From Aplysia californica (lineage: Eukaryota), in NCBI RefSeq assembly GCF_000002075.1, contig NW_004797831.1, positions 423,249 to 487,248 on the forward strand: a stretch of DNA of 64,000 bases, read 5' to 3'. The first letter of the stretch is position 1; each line of letters begins with the position of its first letter. The notes below the pieces were generated by a model that made no database searches, was not told the origin of the DNA, and worked only from the letters and a program-made list of their open reading frames with translations. Of the stretch, positions 14,201-25,600 are shown piece after piece. Position numbers and translations under genes: made by a program.

Positions 14201-17200
14201 GGATTGCCTCCCTTTCAATGTGTGTTGCCAGTACAGTTGAAATTGCCCCAGAGTAGGCAACTTTGATGATCAGCTTCCTCAGTTCTAGCGAAAATCTTCT
14301 GATATGAAGTTACCGACTTTGATAAGCTGTCTTGGTTTCCTGACATATGCACAGTATTATTTCAAAGAAGTTTCAAGTAAAACGTAGCGTTCAACAAGTC
14401 CAGCCTGATGCTTCTTTTGTACAGAAAGCTGTTTTCTGTCCTTGGGTGATATATAAAGGGTTGTTTTGGGTGGGGGGGGGAAGGGGGGAATTGCTCATTT
14501 CTTTCCTTTCTTTCCTCCTTGTTGCTGTCTGCAGTAACTAAAGTGTTGTTTTATACGAGCGTGTAATTCATTGAAGAAATAACGGTTGTTGTTTTTTTAG
14601 CCTGTATTCTATTGGTATGCAGATCACTAGAATGTCGACCTCGTTTGGTGCAATTTTTATGATGTGCATAAAGAAAATTCTTGAGCAGTAGCTGAACTTG
14701 TCTTTCTGTTTTGGATTCTCGTTTAGCTAGGATTTGAGCATGAAGATCTGAGGAGAACGTTTCATGGCTTTGTGTCAGATTCATGGTTATATTTGATTGT
14801 ATTTTTGTGAATTTAGAAAATCTTTTCTCATTCCAAGGCCTATATATCGCGGGCAGTATTGCATACAGACGTAAGTCATTTTTGGTGGCATTTGAAAGTT
14901 TGAGATACGTCTGTATGCAATACTGCCCACGATATGCTCTTCTCGAAAAAGAACCCACTGTCCCAACAAATTTTTGTGAACAGAATGTCAAGATAAACTG
15001 TCAAAGTACTGCTATACAATTCTATTTCATTGGCTTCTTAGTAATCTTAGGGACTGTTTCACTGTGGAAGGTAAAGAGTTGGGTTTGTTGATGTGTTTCA
15101 GTACATTACTTTTTTGGTCAATATAAATTTTGATGTTAAGTGTTTTGCTATTTCTTCCTCTCGTTTTTTCCCCCTTCCTTTAATTGTTACAATCGGAATA
15201 CTGAGTACATGTCTACCGTAACGCTATTAATGTTTTTAATTACTGTTCTTTTATATTGTATTAAGTGCATGTGACTGTGAGCCTGTTTGTGAGTGCAAGC
15301 ATACTACTATATACTTTTTATGGTTATGTGCACAGATGTGTGTGGAAGAGAGGATACGTGAGGGAAAAGTGTGTGTATATGGGAGTGCACATGTGCGTGC
15401 ACATGCATATGTTTTGTGTGTGTGTGTGTGTGTGTACGTGTTGAAACACCAAACCAATGTGCCAGGATCTGGACATTAAAGATAAAGATGTATGTTAGAG
15501 AGGTTCTGGTATGGTATGCTTCTTCCTCTTGTAACACCTCTAATCGAGGGTGGTTGGCGGGTGCTCTGGTGTGGTTTGCTCCTTCTTTCTTATAAAAAAA
15601 ATCTATCGTCTCTCTCTCCCCTCCTTCTTTTTTGTGTTTGTTACTCTCTTGTAACACCTCTAATCTTCGGCACTTATATGACCTTATTGTGTTGCAAGTG
15701 CCGTAAAACTTTTACTAAAACTAAAACACCTCTAATCTTTGGCACTTATATGACCTTATTGTGTTGCAAGTGCCGTAAAACTCTTATTAAAACTAAACCT
15801 TTTCACCTTTAGGATGTGTTCATTTATACAGTACCACGCTTTATTTCAGTGAGTGGCGTTGCTTCTACCACCACAGCGTCAACCGCCTCCTCATCCACCG
15901 CCGCAGCAAGCACGAGCGGCGGGCCAGACATCATAGAAGTGAGCGATGAAGACTTGGCTGGCCTTGGAAGAACGGCTGTGGGTTTTCAGACCTCGGAACC
16001 GATTGATGTGGACAGCGATGACTCTAACAATAGCCACGACAGCGACGACTCCAACAATAGCAACGACAGCGAGTACTACCGGCTCAGGATGCGCGCCCGT
16101 GGAAGGTACCGCAGAGGGTATTCGTCCAGTGATGAGTACGGAGACAGTGACTCGGTGGAAGGAGCTCCCGATGCCTACTATGGTGGCTATGGCAGATGTC
16201 ATAACTGTGGTAAGACTGAAGAAACGCTGTGCCAAGCCTACCTGTGTGGGAGGTTGGCGGATGCTCTGGTGTGGTTTGCTTCTTCTTTCCTGTCAAATGT
16301 CTATTGTCTTTATCTCCCCTCCTTCTTTTTTGTGCTTGTTACTCTCTTGTAACACCTCTAATCTTCGGCACTTTTGTGACCTTATTGTGTTGCAAGTGCA
16401 GTAAAACACTTACTAAAACTAAAAAAGCCTACCTGCCTCTTCATTGCTCATTGTTTCAGCAAGCAACATCCCTGCATTCCAGACATCATGTCCATTGATG
16501 CTCCGTTGCTCTCTCCAAAATGCCGCTGAGGGTCTTTCTACTGATTGTGCCAGCGTATATCTGGTTGAACGTTCTTCTGTTCTTTCCCTACCTGTCTCTG
16601 TTTTTGTCCGTAGTAAATACAGTACAACACGGATAGGTCGAACACAGAAGACTCGAAGTCAGGCACCCGCCGAACTGTGCCTGCGGTCCTTTTTTCTTTA
16701 TCTTTGTAAGATCAGATATCCCCTGAACTACGGATCCCTTGAACTACCGAGGCAGGTCCCGACAAATTTGAGCTGTAGTAATTTGCTGTTACTTTACTTT
16801 TCCCCGACCTTTGTTGCCACACAGTGTGGGGGGGGGGGGGGGGGGGAGAAAAGGTTCCTCCCTTGTTTGTTGTATTGTCTGTTACATGGCTGTGTTGTTC
16901 TTGAGAAAAAGGTTCCTCTCTTGTTTCTTGTATTGTCTGTTACATGGTTGTGTTGTTCTTGAGAAATGTTTCCCTGATCTCCTGTACCCATCTTTTCCCG
17001 GGCCTGCCCTTTGAAGGCTGCAAATTATAATGGAATGCGGAAATTGTGTATAATCTGAGAAGCAATTCTAAGAACCTGAACGTCTCTGGAAATGGATCAG
17101 GTTGTTTTAGTTTGTTCTGTACCTGTAAATGTTTACGACTCTTTTAAGGTTATGTTTCCTTTGTCATGCCTTTATGATGTGCCACAGGTTAAAGAAAACT

Positions 17201-17833
17201 TATTGTTCATGAGACAAGCAGCATAGAATAGAAGATATGTGTGTTTTTAGAAGGTGTGGGAGATCAGGAAGATGGAGTGAATGTTCTTTAGTTTGAGCGG
17301 CAAGGAGAAGTAAACATATTAAAGAGATAGACCTTATTATTTTTTTTTTTTATCATGTCTTAGGACTGATTTTTTAAATATCTTCAGTATGTGCCTTTGA
17401 AAAAGGATGTGTGCTATATAAATGCAGTTTATGATTATTTATAGGTTCTTTGAGTTTAAATTTTTTTTTCTAACACTTTGTTAGTCCCAGCACATTGTTA
17501 TGGACAATTTCTATCTTTGTCAACATCTCTGTTTGAAGATATGATGAGAGAAATTGCTCCTGAAGAAATACTGCTTTATAGTAAACTTTACAGGATCTAA
17601 AATCTATTTTCCTCGCTTAAATTAAGTTAAACCTCTGCTCAGATTTCAGTTGTGTGTGATATTTGTCTTAGACATGTTTGTGTGTGTGTGTGTATGTGTT
17701 TACGTGGTGAAACACTAAACCAAAGTGCCAGGATCCGGACAATAAAGATGTATCTTATCCTATCTTATCTTACATTTGTGCGTTGTGTTTTTCAGGCGCC
17801 CGTGGTCATTGGGCAAATGGATGTCCACAGTAG
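737..17833 (+). CDS. RNF8: RNF8-like E3 ubiquitin ligase (FHA + coiled coil + C3HC4 RING + extended tail), 13 exons, 764 aa
   Basis: Exons 737-817, 4037-4153, 4896-5042, 5470-5604, 6750-6905, 9520-9630, 10311-10448, 10773-10871, 11495-11674, 12352-12556, 13600-14127, 15850-16209, 17796-17833 join in one frame (2295 nt), all GT-AG. FHA motifs VTIGR..S..ISRCHA..DNKSLNGIYING; RING CSICNE..LNCSHSFCKLC..CPNC preceded by ELQ, as in RNF8. Confidence 0.9.
895..1595. mobile_element. Cluster of MITEs with TIR GGAGGACTTCCGTAACGAGCGACCAC; the second copy carries a nested MITE (~1168-1395)
   Basis: TIR pairs at ~895/1050 and ~1097/1480, internal (CCCTAM)n; nested TIR GGTGCTTTTTCGGTAGTTCCCACCCC. Confidence 0.75.
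4037..4153 (+). CDS. RNF8: RNF8 exon 2, FHA domain
   Basis: tgtcag|VTIGRSGEVTYAILSNMISRCHA...TDNK|gtagta. Confidence 0.92.
4486..4672. mobile_element. Tc1/mariner (Tigger-like) MITE; related copy at ~29273-29660
   Basis: TA-CAGT...ACTG-TA ends; shared CTGCTCTAACAG.CA.CT.TCCAAGACAA. Confidence 0.5.
4896..5042 (+). CDS. RNF8: RNF8 exon 3, FHA domain
   Basis: accag|SLNGIYING...LHDGDMVQFG...AEFIY..LK|gtatta. Confidence 0.92.
5470..5604 (+). CDS. RNF8: RNF8 exon 4 (linker)
   Basis: ttcacag|GTG...AAG|gtgaga, 135 nt, open, phase 0-0. Confidence 0.8.
6750..6905 (+). CDS. RNF8: RNF8 exon 5 (coiled coil)
   Basis: PPDEAKQD...EKEKKQEE|gtataa; the acceptor is aag. Confidence 0.8.
7180..7557 (+). mobile_element. 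Longer (~375 bp) relative of family A sharing the 3' hairpin tail
   Basis: homologous to the reverse complement of 44325-44705; ends GCGCTC-ATATGACCTTATGCAGTTGC-GAGCGC-CATAAAACC. Confidence 0.7.
7561..7915. repeat. 34-bp minisatellite, ~10 copies
   Basis: TGGCAGTGCAA(C/T)AGAGCATTCAGTGGGCCC units. Confidence 0.9.
7945..9167. mobile_element. hAT-type non-autonomous DNA transposon
   Basis: TIR CAGGGTTGG...CCAACCCTG, perfect 8-bp TSD TTTCTTGG, subterminal GATTTAAATC motifs. Confidence 0.85.
9520..9630 (+). CDS. RNF8: RNF8 exon 6 (coiled coil)
   Basis: polypyrimidine-aag|VQQQLEQERKE...EDKQ|gtctgg. Confidence 0.85.
10013..10194 (+). mobile_element. ~185-bp non-autonomous retroposon, family A (representative copy)
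   Basis: GGTGGTTGGCGGGTGCTCTGGTGTGG...GCACTT-ATATGACCTTATTGTGTTGC-AAGTGC..AAAAC..(CTAAAA)n; about 20 copies in the window, several with TSDs. Confidence 0.8.
10311..10448 (+). CDS. RNF8: RNF8 exon 7 (coiled coil)
   Basis: ttgcag|KQLEKEKEEL...NEKKQ|gtgagt. Confidence 0.87.
10773..10871 (+). CDS. RNF8: RNF8 exon 8 (coiled coil)
   Basis: ttgtag|VEESLQKEVEK...QKLEK|gtaagt, 99 nt. Confidence 0.87.
11495..11674 (+). CDS. RNF8: RNF8 exon 9 (coiled coil and start of RING)
   Basis: ttcag|VLEKKE...MEMELQCSICNELYIK|gtgagt. Confidence 0.92.
11950..12308. repeat. 29-bp minisatellite before the RING exon
   Basis: TTATTGTTATTCTGACAAAA(C/A)TTATC.. units. Confidence 0.9.
12352..12556 (+). CDS. RNF8: RNF8 exon 10 (RING)
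   Basis: ctccag|ATSLNCSHSFCKLCINQW..KKECPNCR..LDSYIDKMVE..RK G|gtgtga. Confidence 0.93.
13125..13575 (+). mobile_element. Family A retroposon cluster (2 near-full copies and 1 partial) ending ~25 nt before RNF8 exon 11
   Basis: same 5' motif and 3' hairpin/tail. Confidence 0.75.
13600..14127 (+). CDS. RNF8: RNF8 exon 11 (RG-rich plus Ala/Thr repeat region)
   Basis: cccag| phase 1, 528 nt, open, GC-rich; donor C|gtgagt. Confidence 0.75.
15500..15800 (+). mobile_element. Family A copies (partial, full, duplicated 3' end)
   Basis: sequence similarity to family A. Confidence 0.75.
15850..16209 (+). CDS. RNF8: RNF8 exon 12 (acidic SIM-like motifs, first half of CCHC knuckle)
   Basis: tttcag| phase 1 (alternative in-frame acceptor at 15832); ends YGRCHNC G|gtaaga. 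Confidence 0.8.
16245..16425 (+). mobile_element. Family A copy
   Basis: flanked by the duplication AAGCCTACCTG. Confidence 0.8.
17796..17833 (+). CDS. RNF8: RNF8 terminal exon completing the CCHC zinc knuckle (GARGHWANGCPQ*)
   Basis: ttttcag| phase 1 gives C-x2-C-x4-H-x4-C across the junction, then TAG. Confidence 0.85.
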
Positions 17834-18719
17834 GAGCTGGTGCTGGAGTTTGTGCGTGCAATATCTGACTACGCTTGTAAAGATACAGGATCCTTCACCA
17901 CTGTCCTGCCAGTTCTCTAGCTGTGCCTGGGGGTAGTCATGTCGAACAGAAGAAAGTTCTGTGGCTGAAAACAGATGTTTTCTGTTAAGCTGGATTCGGT
18001 CCAGCGTTGTATCGATAATGTGAATAATTTGTTAATGTTACATCTCGGAAAGTCAATGCGATGAAAAATAAATTCTGCTGATGATTCATGCTGATAACGG
18101 TATCTCTTATGCTCAAATAAAGCATCAATAATAATGATCGCTGTCTTTTTGTTTTGTTCTCTTGTCTTGAAAATTTTTGTGACAGTTTATATTTTTGTAC
18201 ATAATCGAAATGAAAAGACGAAATCGTAGCTGGATCAATTACAAAGACACGTATGTGTCGAAGGGTGTCCAGTTTCTGTTGGGCAATGATGCACACCCTT
18301 AAAGTTAAAGCTGTTACAATCAAGCACAGGTAACATGAACACGGAAAACTCGAAATCACGGATATGTTGGTATAATTGGTCATTCCCTGACTGATATCTC
18401 TTTAATTTTTCGATATTGGTTTGCCTGTGTCAAACACATTTGTCAATCCTGATGTATTTGATTTCCTTGCCCCCGGCTGTATCATGTCATGTATGTACTG
18501 GCATGTTACAAAATGTAACCATTTTAGCCAATCATCTGTGAGAGGAATGTACCAGATCATCCAAACATGCCCTGAAAGGCAGGTTCAATGCCCGCCTCGT
18601 AAATGATCTGAATTGTGTGGATTAGGAGGGGGGAGGGGGGGATGTGGCATAAAAACTCCTATACTTAAATATAAATCTAAAGCAGCTAGACTTGTATTGT
18701 TGTCACCCACTTCATCATT

Positions 18720-18800
18720 GCCTTTCTCACTCTGCACTAGGGTATAGGCCAAGGACAAAAACCTTCCATCTTTGTCTATCCTGGGCTAGCCTCTTGATGT
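18720..18800 (-). mobile_element. Short RTE-like LINE 3' fragment
   Basis: minus strand reads KRLAQDRQRWKVFVLGLYP. Confidence 0.5.
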
Positions 18801-19467
18801 TATTCTGTCTTCCCACTTTTCTGTACATCGAGTTCTGTGATTCTTCTCCAGTCACCCACTTGTTGGGAGTTTAATGTGTCGTCAATTTGATAAGCATTCT
18901 ATAGAGTGAAAATGGGACATGTGACTCATTGTGTTGAGTTGCTGCTCATATAACACATAATATACACATATTTTTACAAACACAAGAAAGATGGCGGAGA
19001 AGCCTCGACACAAGAACATTACACTGGACGTTTGGATTACCGTTGGTCGCATTTTTTTTCAACATAACAAAGTCATGTAGAGTATACACATAATTTATTT
19101 ACAGAATGTGAAATAATACTGATTGAAAGAAATTAGGGCAAGCACTGCACTCACATTACTTCCTCTGAGCACACATTAGTTTACTTAGTTCTCTGGGGGA
19201 CGTTTGTTACTTCAATGATATATCATATATGGATGACTTTACCATATTTAGTCACTTTCTTCTTGTACTGAGTCATCGAGATTTTTTTCCCCCGCCGAAA
19301 AGGAGTTGAAGTTAAAAAATAAATTATTGTGCATTTGTATTGGATGGACCATGATGGAAGTCCATTTATTGGGTGGTAAAATGATCTTTTGTAGCGTTCA
19401 CAACTAAACTAGTGATATTTGTACAGTGAAATTTTCAGCTAGCTACCAAATAAATACTAAAGTCTTT

Positions 19468-19683
19468 TCACACAGCATTGTCGTCCCTCCTCATCATCAG
19501 CTCACTCTGGTAGCGAGAGGTCTCGTGGTGGAAGTTTGGCCGCAGGAGCTCAGCACGGGGAGGGATGTTGATCTTCTCCTCAACGCGCGTCCAGTCTTCC
19601 ACGTTGTAGTGCATCTGTTCCCGCTTCTCCAGGAAGAGGTTCTCATCGTGCTCGTAGTTCGGGATGCCTCCCAGCGTGGCGTT
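19468..19683 (-). CDS. TEX43: TEX43-like terminal exon
   Basis: caccag|NATLGGIPNYEHDENLFLEKRE...SRYQSELMMRRDDNAV*. Confidence 0.85.
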   Translation of the reverse strand, partial: NATLGGIPNYEHDENLFLEKREQMHYNVEDWTRVEEKINIPPRAELLRPNFHHETSRYQSELMMRRDDNAV

Positions 19684-22600
19684 CTGGTGATGGCAAAGAA
19701 ATTGTACCGACTTCAAGAGGGTGCGGTGGCGAAGTGGTTAGTGCACTCGTCTCCGAAGCGGAAAGTCCAGGTTCGAGCCTCGGTTCGGACACTGATGTTT
19801 TTTCACCCCCTCCTGCCCACCCAGCAGTAATAGGTACCTGACTTCGAGTTAGGGAAGTAAAGGCGTCATGGAAAGGAATTGGCCACCCTACCACAATATG
19901 CCAAAGGCCCAGGAAGTTGTCTCACTAACAAGGCAATCCCCAATGTCCGGATCGGATGCGGGAACAACTTTACTTCAAGTGCCATAAGACACACACAGGG
20001 CCCCGAGACAGGAAATGTGGCCAACCCCACTGACACTACAGGAGAAGCTATATGAGCGGACAGATGAACTGAGTATGACGGCCCTATATATGACAGATAC
20101 CGGACTTCAAATATGATGCGATCGAGAAGAAGAAGAAGAAGCAAAGAAATGATACTTTACAGACACTGAAATCAATGATTTATTAATCAATATGTTAAAA
20201 GAATCAAAGCATTTGACTCGTACTGGTACTACTGAAGTAACTTGATTATACCGTACTGAAAGTGAACGGGAATTCGTTTGGGTGGTGTGACAAAATGAGT
20301 TTTGATGAGAGCAATGAAATGGCGCAGCGAGTGAAAATCAGTGGATTACTGATTAATATTTTAAAGACTCAATGTGTCTGACTGATTGAAGTAACCCGCA
20401 CAGACAAACGAATATACTGTACCACCGTAACTAAAGTGAATTTGTATGAGTTATGTAACAAAATATCAGATGGCTGGAGCGGTAGGACAGACTGTGTCAC
20501 CCTTAGTGCTTCTTGATGAATGGATGGGATGGTGAGATTGTGTGTCCCAAGGTGGGACAGGGGGGCACAATGTTTTAGTTTTAGTAAGAGTTTTACAGCA
20601 CTTACAACACAATAAGGTCATGTAAGTGCCGAAGATCAGATATGTTACAAGAGAGTAACAAACACAAAAAAGAAGGAGAGATCAGGACAATAGATGTTTG
20701 GTAGGAAAGAAGGAGCAAACCACACCAGAGCACCCGTCAACCACCCACCGCAATGTTTTTAGTCAGTCTCGGATGGATGGGACGAAATATTTGAAAATGA
20801 AACAAGGCATGTGAAATCATAGTCACGGTTGAAGGCACATATATCTAGATTCTATTCACTCATGTTTAATACTTGTTAAAATTGAAAGATTGCAAAAAAC
20901 CAAAACATGTTCCACAAACCTCGGTGATTATAGACCGATTCTGCATGTCTGTCTTCCATTCTGGCACGTACAGCTTCGGGACGATTGGGTGAGATCGGGA
21001 GTACTCGGGAATTCTATCATGCGTTGTAATATATGAAAGAATAAAAAAGCCATGAGAAACAACAACGCATGAATAAACTAGAGAGATGTAAAGTTCTATA
21101 TCTGGGAAGTGAACGTGAATGGTTATTAGGTAAGGAATGTTTCATGATAGATAAATTATGAAGTAAATTATAATTCTTAGTAAAAAAAAGGACACTAGTC
21201 TGATAAAAACATGTACAAGTACATGTGTACAGATTATGCAGTTGTACTTACAGTATCATGTACTGTACAGATTTATCGTAGACACAAGTGGCTCAAAACA
21301 AGAAAATTGTTGGATTGAAATTTTGCATTATTAAAAGAATGATTTTGGGTCCAGGCAGTAAAGACACAGAAGAGTAGACACTCAAAGTACCCGGTACTAA
21401 CACCCGTCATACCACTGTTTTTTTAAAGAGAAATATACTCCTAACCCTGACTGTAAATATTGGCAGATGCAAGGATGAGTACCGATTTCTTTATCTCACT
21501 AATAGTAATAGCCTCTGAAGTATAGTTAAGACCGGCAGTCATTCTAATCAATAACATTTAAAAGATAACAGCAGAAAATACAATGATTGTTCATATGATT
21601 GGAGTGTAATACTAATAGTGAGCTGGTGCAAAAATTAAATGTAGAGTAGTTCAACTAAAAGACAAATATTGTTTTGTCCATTGGAGTTTAATAGCTTAGA
21701 CTAGAAAGGGTGCAAGTTGAAATGAAATAAATACATGTACCCATATTCTCGCTAGCATCTAGCAAAGCCACATTTACTACCTGTTTTAACCTGACTGATA
21801 TATAGATAACCGAATATAATGCAGTTTGAAAGGTCATTATATTGCTTAAAAACTCTGTGCAGCAATAATTTCCTGGAGATAAACCAAAAAAAGTGTTGTG
21901 GTAACATTCCTTCTACAAGACTGAACATTTTTTTACATCCTATAACTACAAGTAATTTTGAGCTAAACGACACTTCTTTAGTCATTTTAAAAGAGTGCAA
22001 GACTTAGTTAAACTGTTCCCGTGGTTTTATGCACAAAAAAAAATGAGATTTTGCAAACTGAGCCCAAAAATGTGAAATTATGCGATTCTGTTATCAAAGA
22101 ATGATAAAGGAAAATAATCAGAAATGATGCAAAAAATGATCAAATTTTGTTAAATTATGCAGGGTGCATAAAGCCCCGGGGACAGTTAAAGAATACCCCC
22201 AAATATGTTTTTAAAATCCCCACAGAGACTGCTGAAATCCTAGGCGTGTGCAGAAGTCATGATATGATCCTGTGCAAATATGAGAAGAGTTGAGCCAAAG
22301 AGTAGAAAGTAAAATTGAGGGATTTGAAGCATAAAGGGTGCCAGTTGTAAAATTCTGTAAAACTGAAAAAAACGAGAAAAAAATGAGGCTACAGATGAAC
22401 CTTTATTTTTGTCATGTTTTAAATTGGCAGATAAATGTCAGGGTGTTTTTTTATCTAAAATATTAATGGCCAAATTAAACAATAGATAATAGCTCTGAAA
22501 GGATCTTAAAAAAGTATCACGTTTTATAAAAAGTGTATGAAAAAAAGACAAATCACAAGGCATACGGAAGGTCCACAGCTCTTTGAAAGAATTTAATGCT

Positions 22601-25600
22601 TGTTATAAATAGATACGCTCTACAGTAGGCTAAAATACTGGCCTTGATTCATCCATATTAATTCGTTAATATGGAGAATTTTCTTGTTATTTCTAATAAT
22701 GAACCTGAATAAAGGTGAAAACAAAAGTCTGGCTAGAGGAGTTCTAACAAACCGATATCAGTTGACGATGTACCCAGCCCTAGGTATCAGAGAAATAAAT
22801 AGCAGGCTTACTTTAAAAAAAATTACATTGCTCTACATTACTAGACAGATAACTAACTACATTTTTTAGTAATTCGAAAAAGAGAAAANNNNNNNNNNNN
22901 NNNNNNNNNNNNNNNNNNNNNNNNNNNNNNNNNNNNNNNNNNNNNNNNNNNNNNNNNNNNNNNNNNNNNNNNNNNNNNNNNNNNNNNNNNNNNNNNNNNN
23001 NNNNNNNNNNNNNNNNNNNNNNNNNNNNNNNNNNNNTTCAATCCCCCTCTCTCTGTATCTCTCTCTCTCGTGGTCTATCTCCACGTAATGTGTAGATCTT
23101 TATCTGTCCATCGATCTATCAATTTATCTGTACACCAAACTTTCCTGGCACTAAGAATAAGTTCAACAGGGGTGGAGAGCTAAACAACATTAACATTATT
23201 ATTGTTTATATATATATATTACTGTTCATTTATATTATGCATGTGACTGTAAGCTTGCGTGTGTGTTCATGTTTGTGTGTGTGTGTGTACTATTACTATG
23301 TATGTGTGTGTGTGTATGTGTGTACGTGGTGAAACACCAAATCAATGTTCCAGGATCTGGACAATAAAGATGCTTCTTATCTTATCTTATCTCATCTTAT
23401 AAAACAAGCAAAAGAGACTTAATGCACTGTTAACTGTATTCTCCAACTCCCGAGAAATCATCAGAGAATCAGCATTATCTCTCTCTCAGTGTATGCCACT
23501 AAGACTAAGAGCTCAAAAGTGAAAAGTTCCTTTGGTACAAAATACTCTACAGTTGATCTCACAACAAATGAAGTTCAGTTTCACCAGTCAGTGAACAGGT
23601 GTTCTTCAGCGCACTGGTGAAGTAGCCTCACATCAGACACTACACAAATTTCCAGTGAAGATTCCATCTTGATTGTTTTGCAATGACCCTTAGATTTTCC
23701 TTTTGGCAAGGGATTATAATAAAACGTTTTCGTACAAACCGCCAGCAATAGACAGTATCATCCACTCTGAACAGATTATGTTTACATTACAAAAAAATGG
23801 TTCGAACATACCGAGGTGAGAGGTGCAATGTATTTTCATTTATGCAGATTTCAAAGTTTAAACATTTTGTACTTTTAACTCTGAAGGTATTCCAGATACA
23901 AAGCTGCAAATGCAGTGGGATGGGGCCTTTGAGTCTCTATAAGTTGGATTGTGGACTAATGAGAGAGTGGCGGGCCAGATGAATGACAAGGAAAATGTTG
24001 GCCTGTGAGAATTATTCATTAATATATATATGTATGCAAAATAACATTTTGCTTCAAATCATTGAGAGGCATGGCAAGAAGGAAGTACCGTACTTTGCCA
24101 ACTCTGACACAAAGAACTGTTGTTATCAGTTTATCTGTACACGATAATCAAGTATTTTTTTAAAATACTCAAAAACAAAAAAAAAGTGCCATTTGCTGTA
24201 GAACTGTTATAAAATGTTCAAAACAAATAGATGGTTTCAAAGCAAAATATCTGTAACTTAAAAAGATAAAGGAAATAAAAAAAGAGTTCAACTAGATATC
24301 TACAATAAGTTGTGTGAAGTTAAATATACGGAAATGGGAGCATATGATAAATTTAAATATGAACTTTAAATAAGTTGGTGGTTCTAGCTACTACTACTAA
24401 CTGAGACTTACCTGATTGACTTACTCTTCTTGCTAGAATACATAATTAAATAATAGTCAAAATTGAATGAACTTAGGTGGATAATAATATTATAGGATCA
24501 CTGTTAATTTTTTATTTTTTTAAACAAAATTCCAAACAAACAGCTAGATGTCAACTATCCAAAAAAACAGACACCCCCCCCCCCCCCTTGAGAATTGAGA
24601 ACATCCTATTAATTAATCCCCCTCCCTCCCCCCAATATTCTTAAAATTGGGATCACAAACAAAACAATAAAAAAACATCTACAACAACAATAGTACAACA
24701 GCTCTTATCATCCAAACACTAACTGTATGGCAAGTTCTAATAATTTCAATCAAAGATATATAGTAGCTCTATTATGTCCGCATATGTAGAAAAAATACAT
24801 AATTTGTCTTTAAATTTCAAGGCTGCATAAGATCAGTCAAGACAGGCACACATATCTTGTATTAATATGATGATGATATGAAAAGTTTACTCTAGGATAA
24901 AGTGAACACTGCAAGGATCATTAAGGAGAAACAAAAATGTGAAAAAGACACGGGTGTACAAATATATCTAAAGTAGAGAGAGAGAGAGTCTGTTGTCCCA
25001 AACTCCTCAGCATCTCGAACCAGCATCAACACTATGGAGCTGCATGAAAACTTCCATGAAAAGAGACAAACTGAAGGGGTAGGGGTACATTACAAGACCA
25101 TAAGAAAATCCTACAGGGAACAGCAAAAGAGGGGAGATGAAGATGCTGACGGAGGAAATGATGAGAAGACAACATCAAAGAGTGGGACTGCCCTTGACTT
25201 GAACATCTTACAACAGAAAGCTAAAAACTGAGAAGAGAAAAAGAAAGTGGTTGCAAAACATGCACTGGTGCCCTAACGGTCAGCTAAACAATGGAGTTAT
25301 AAGTTGAATGTGTGGGAGAAATTTGACTGCATGTATTTTAGCGAGAGCTGAGCTTTTGCATGGTTTATATTATATGCTGGATTCAAAAGTAAGTTTTTAT
25401 CTTTTCTCTTGATCATCTTGAAAGAAAAAAAACAACTACTGAACACTAAACTAATGCAACAGATGAAAAAACTTGACTCGGGCAAACAGAAAGACTTCCA
25501 GAAAAAAAGCTTTCAATTAGGTTTTTAATATTTCTCTCGAAAAAAATTTGACCAAATCAATCTCCATTTAAGATAAAGGCTACTTTCCTTTCAATTGCTC

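Noticed and set aside
19719-19795. Possible tRNA gene (also 40709, 51433 and ~50-116)
   Set aside because: A/B boxes are present, but there is no proper acceptor stem and the sequences continue into repeat bodies; these are SINE heads.
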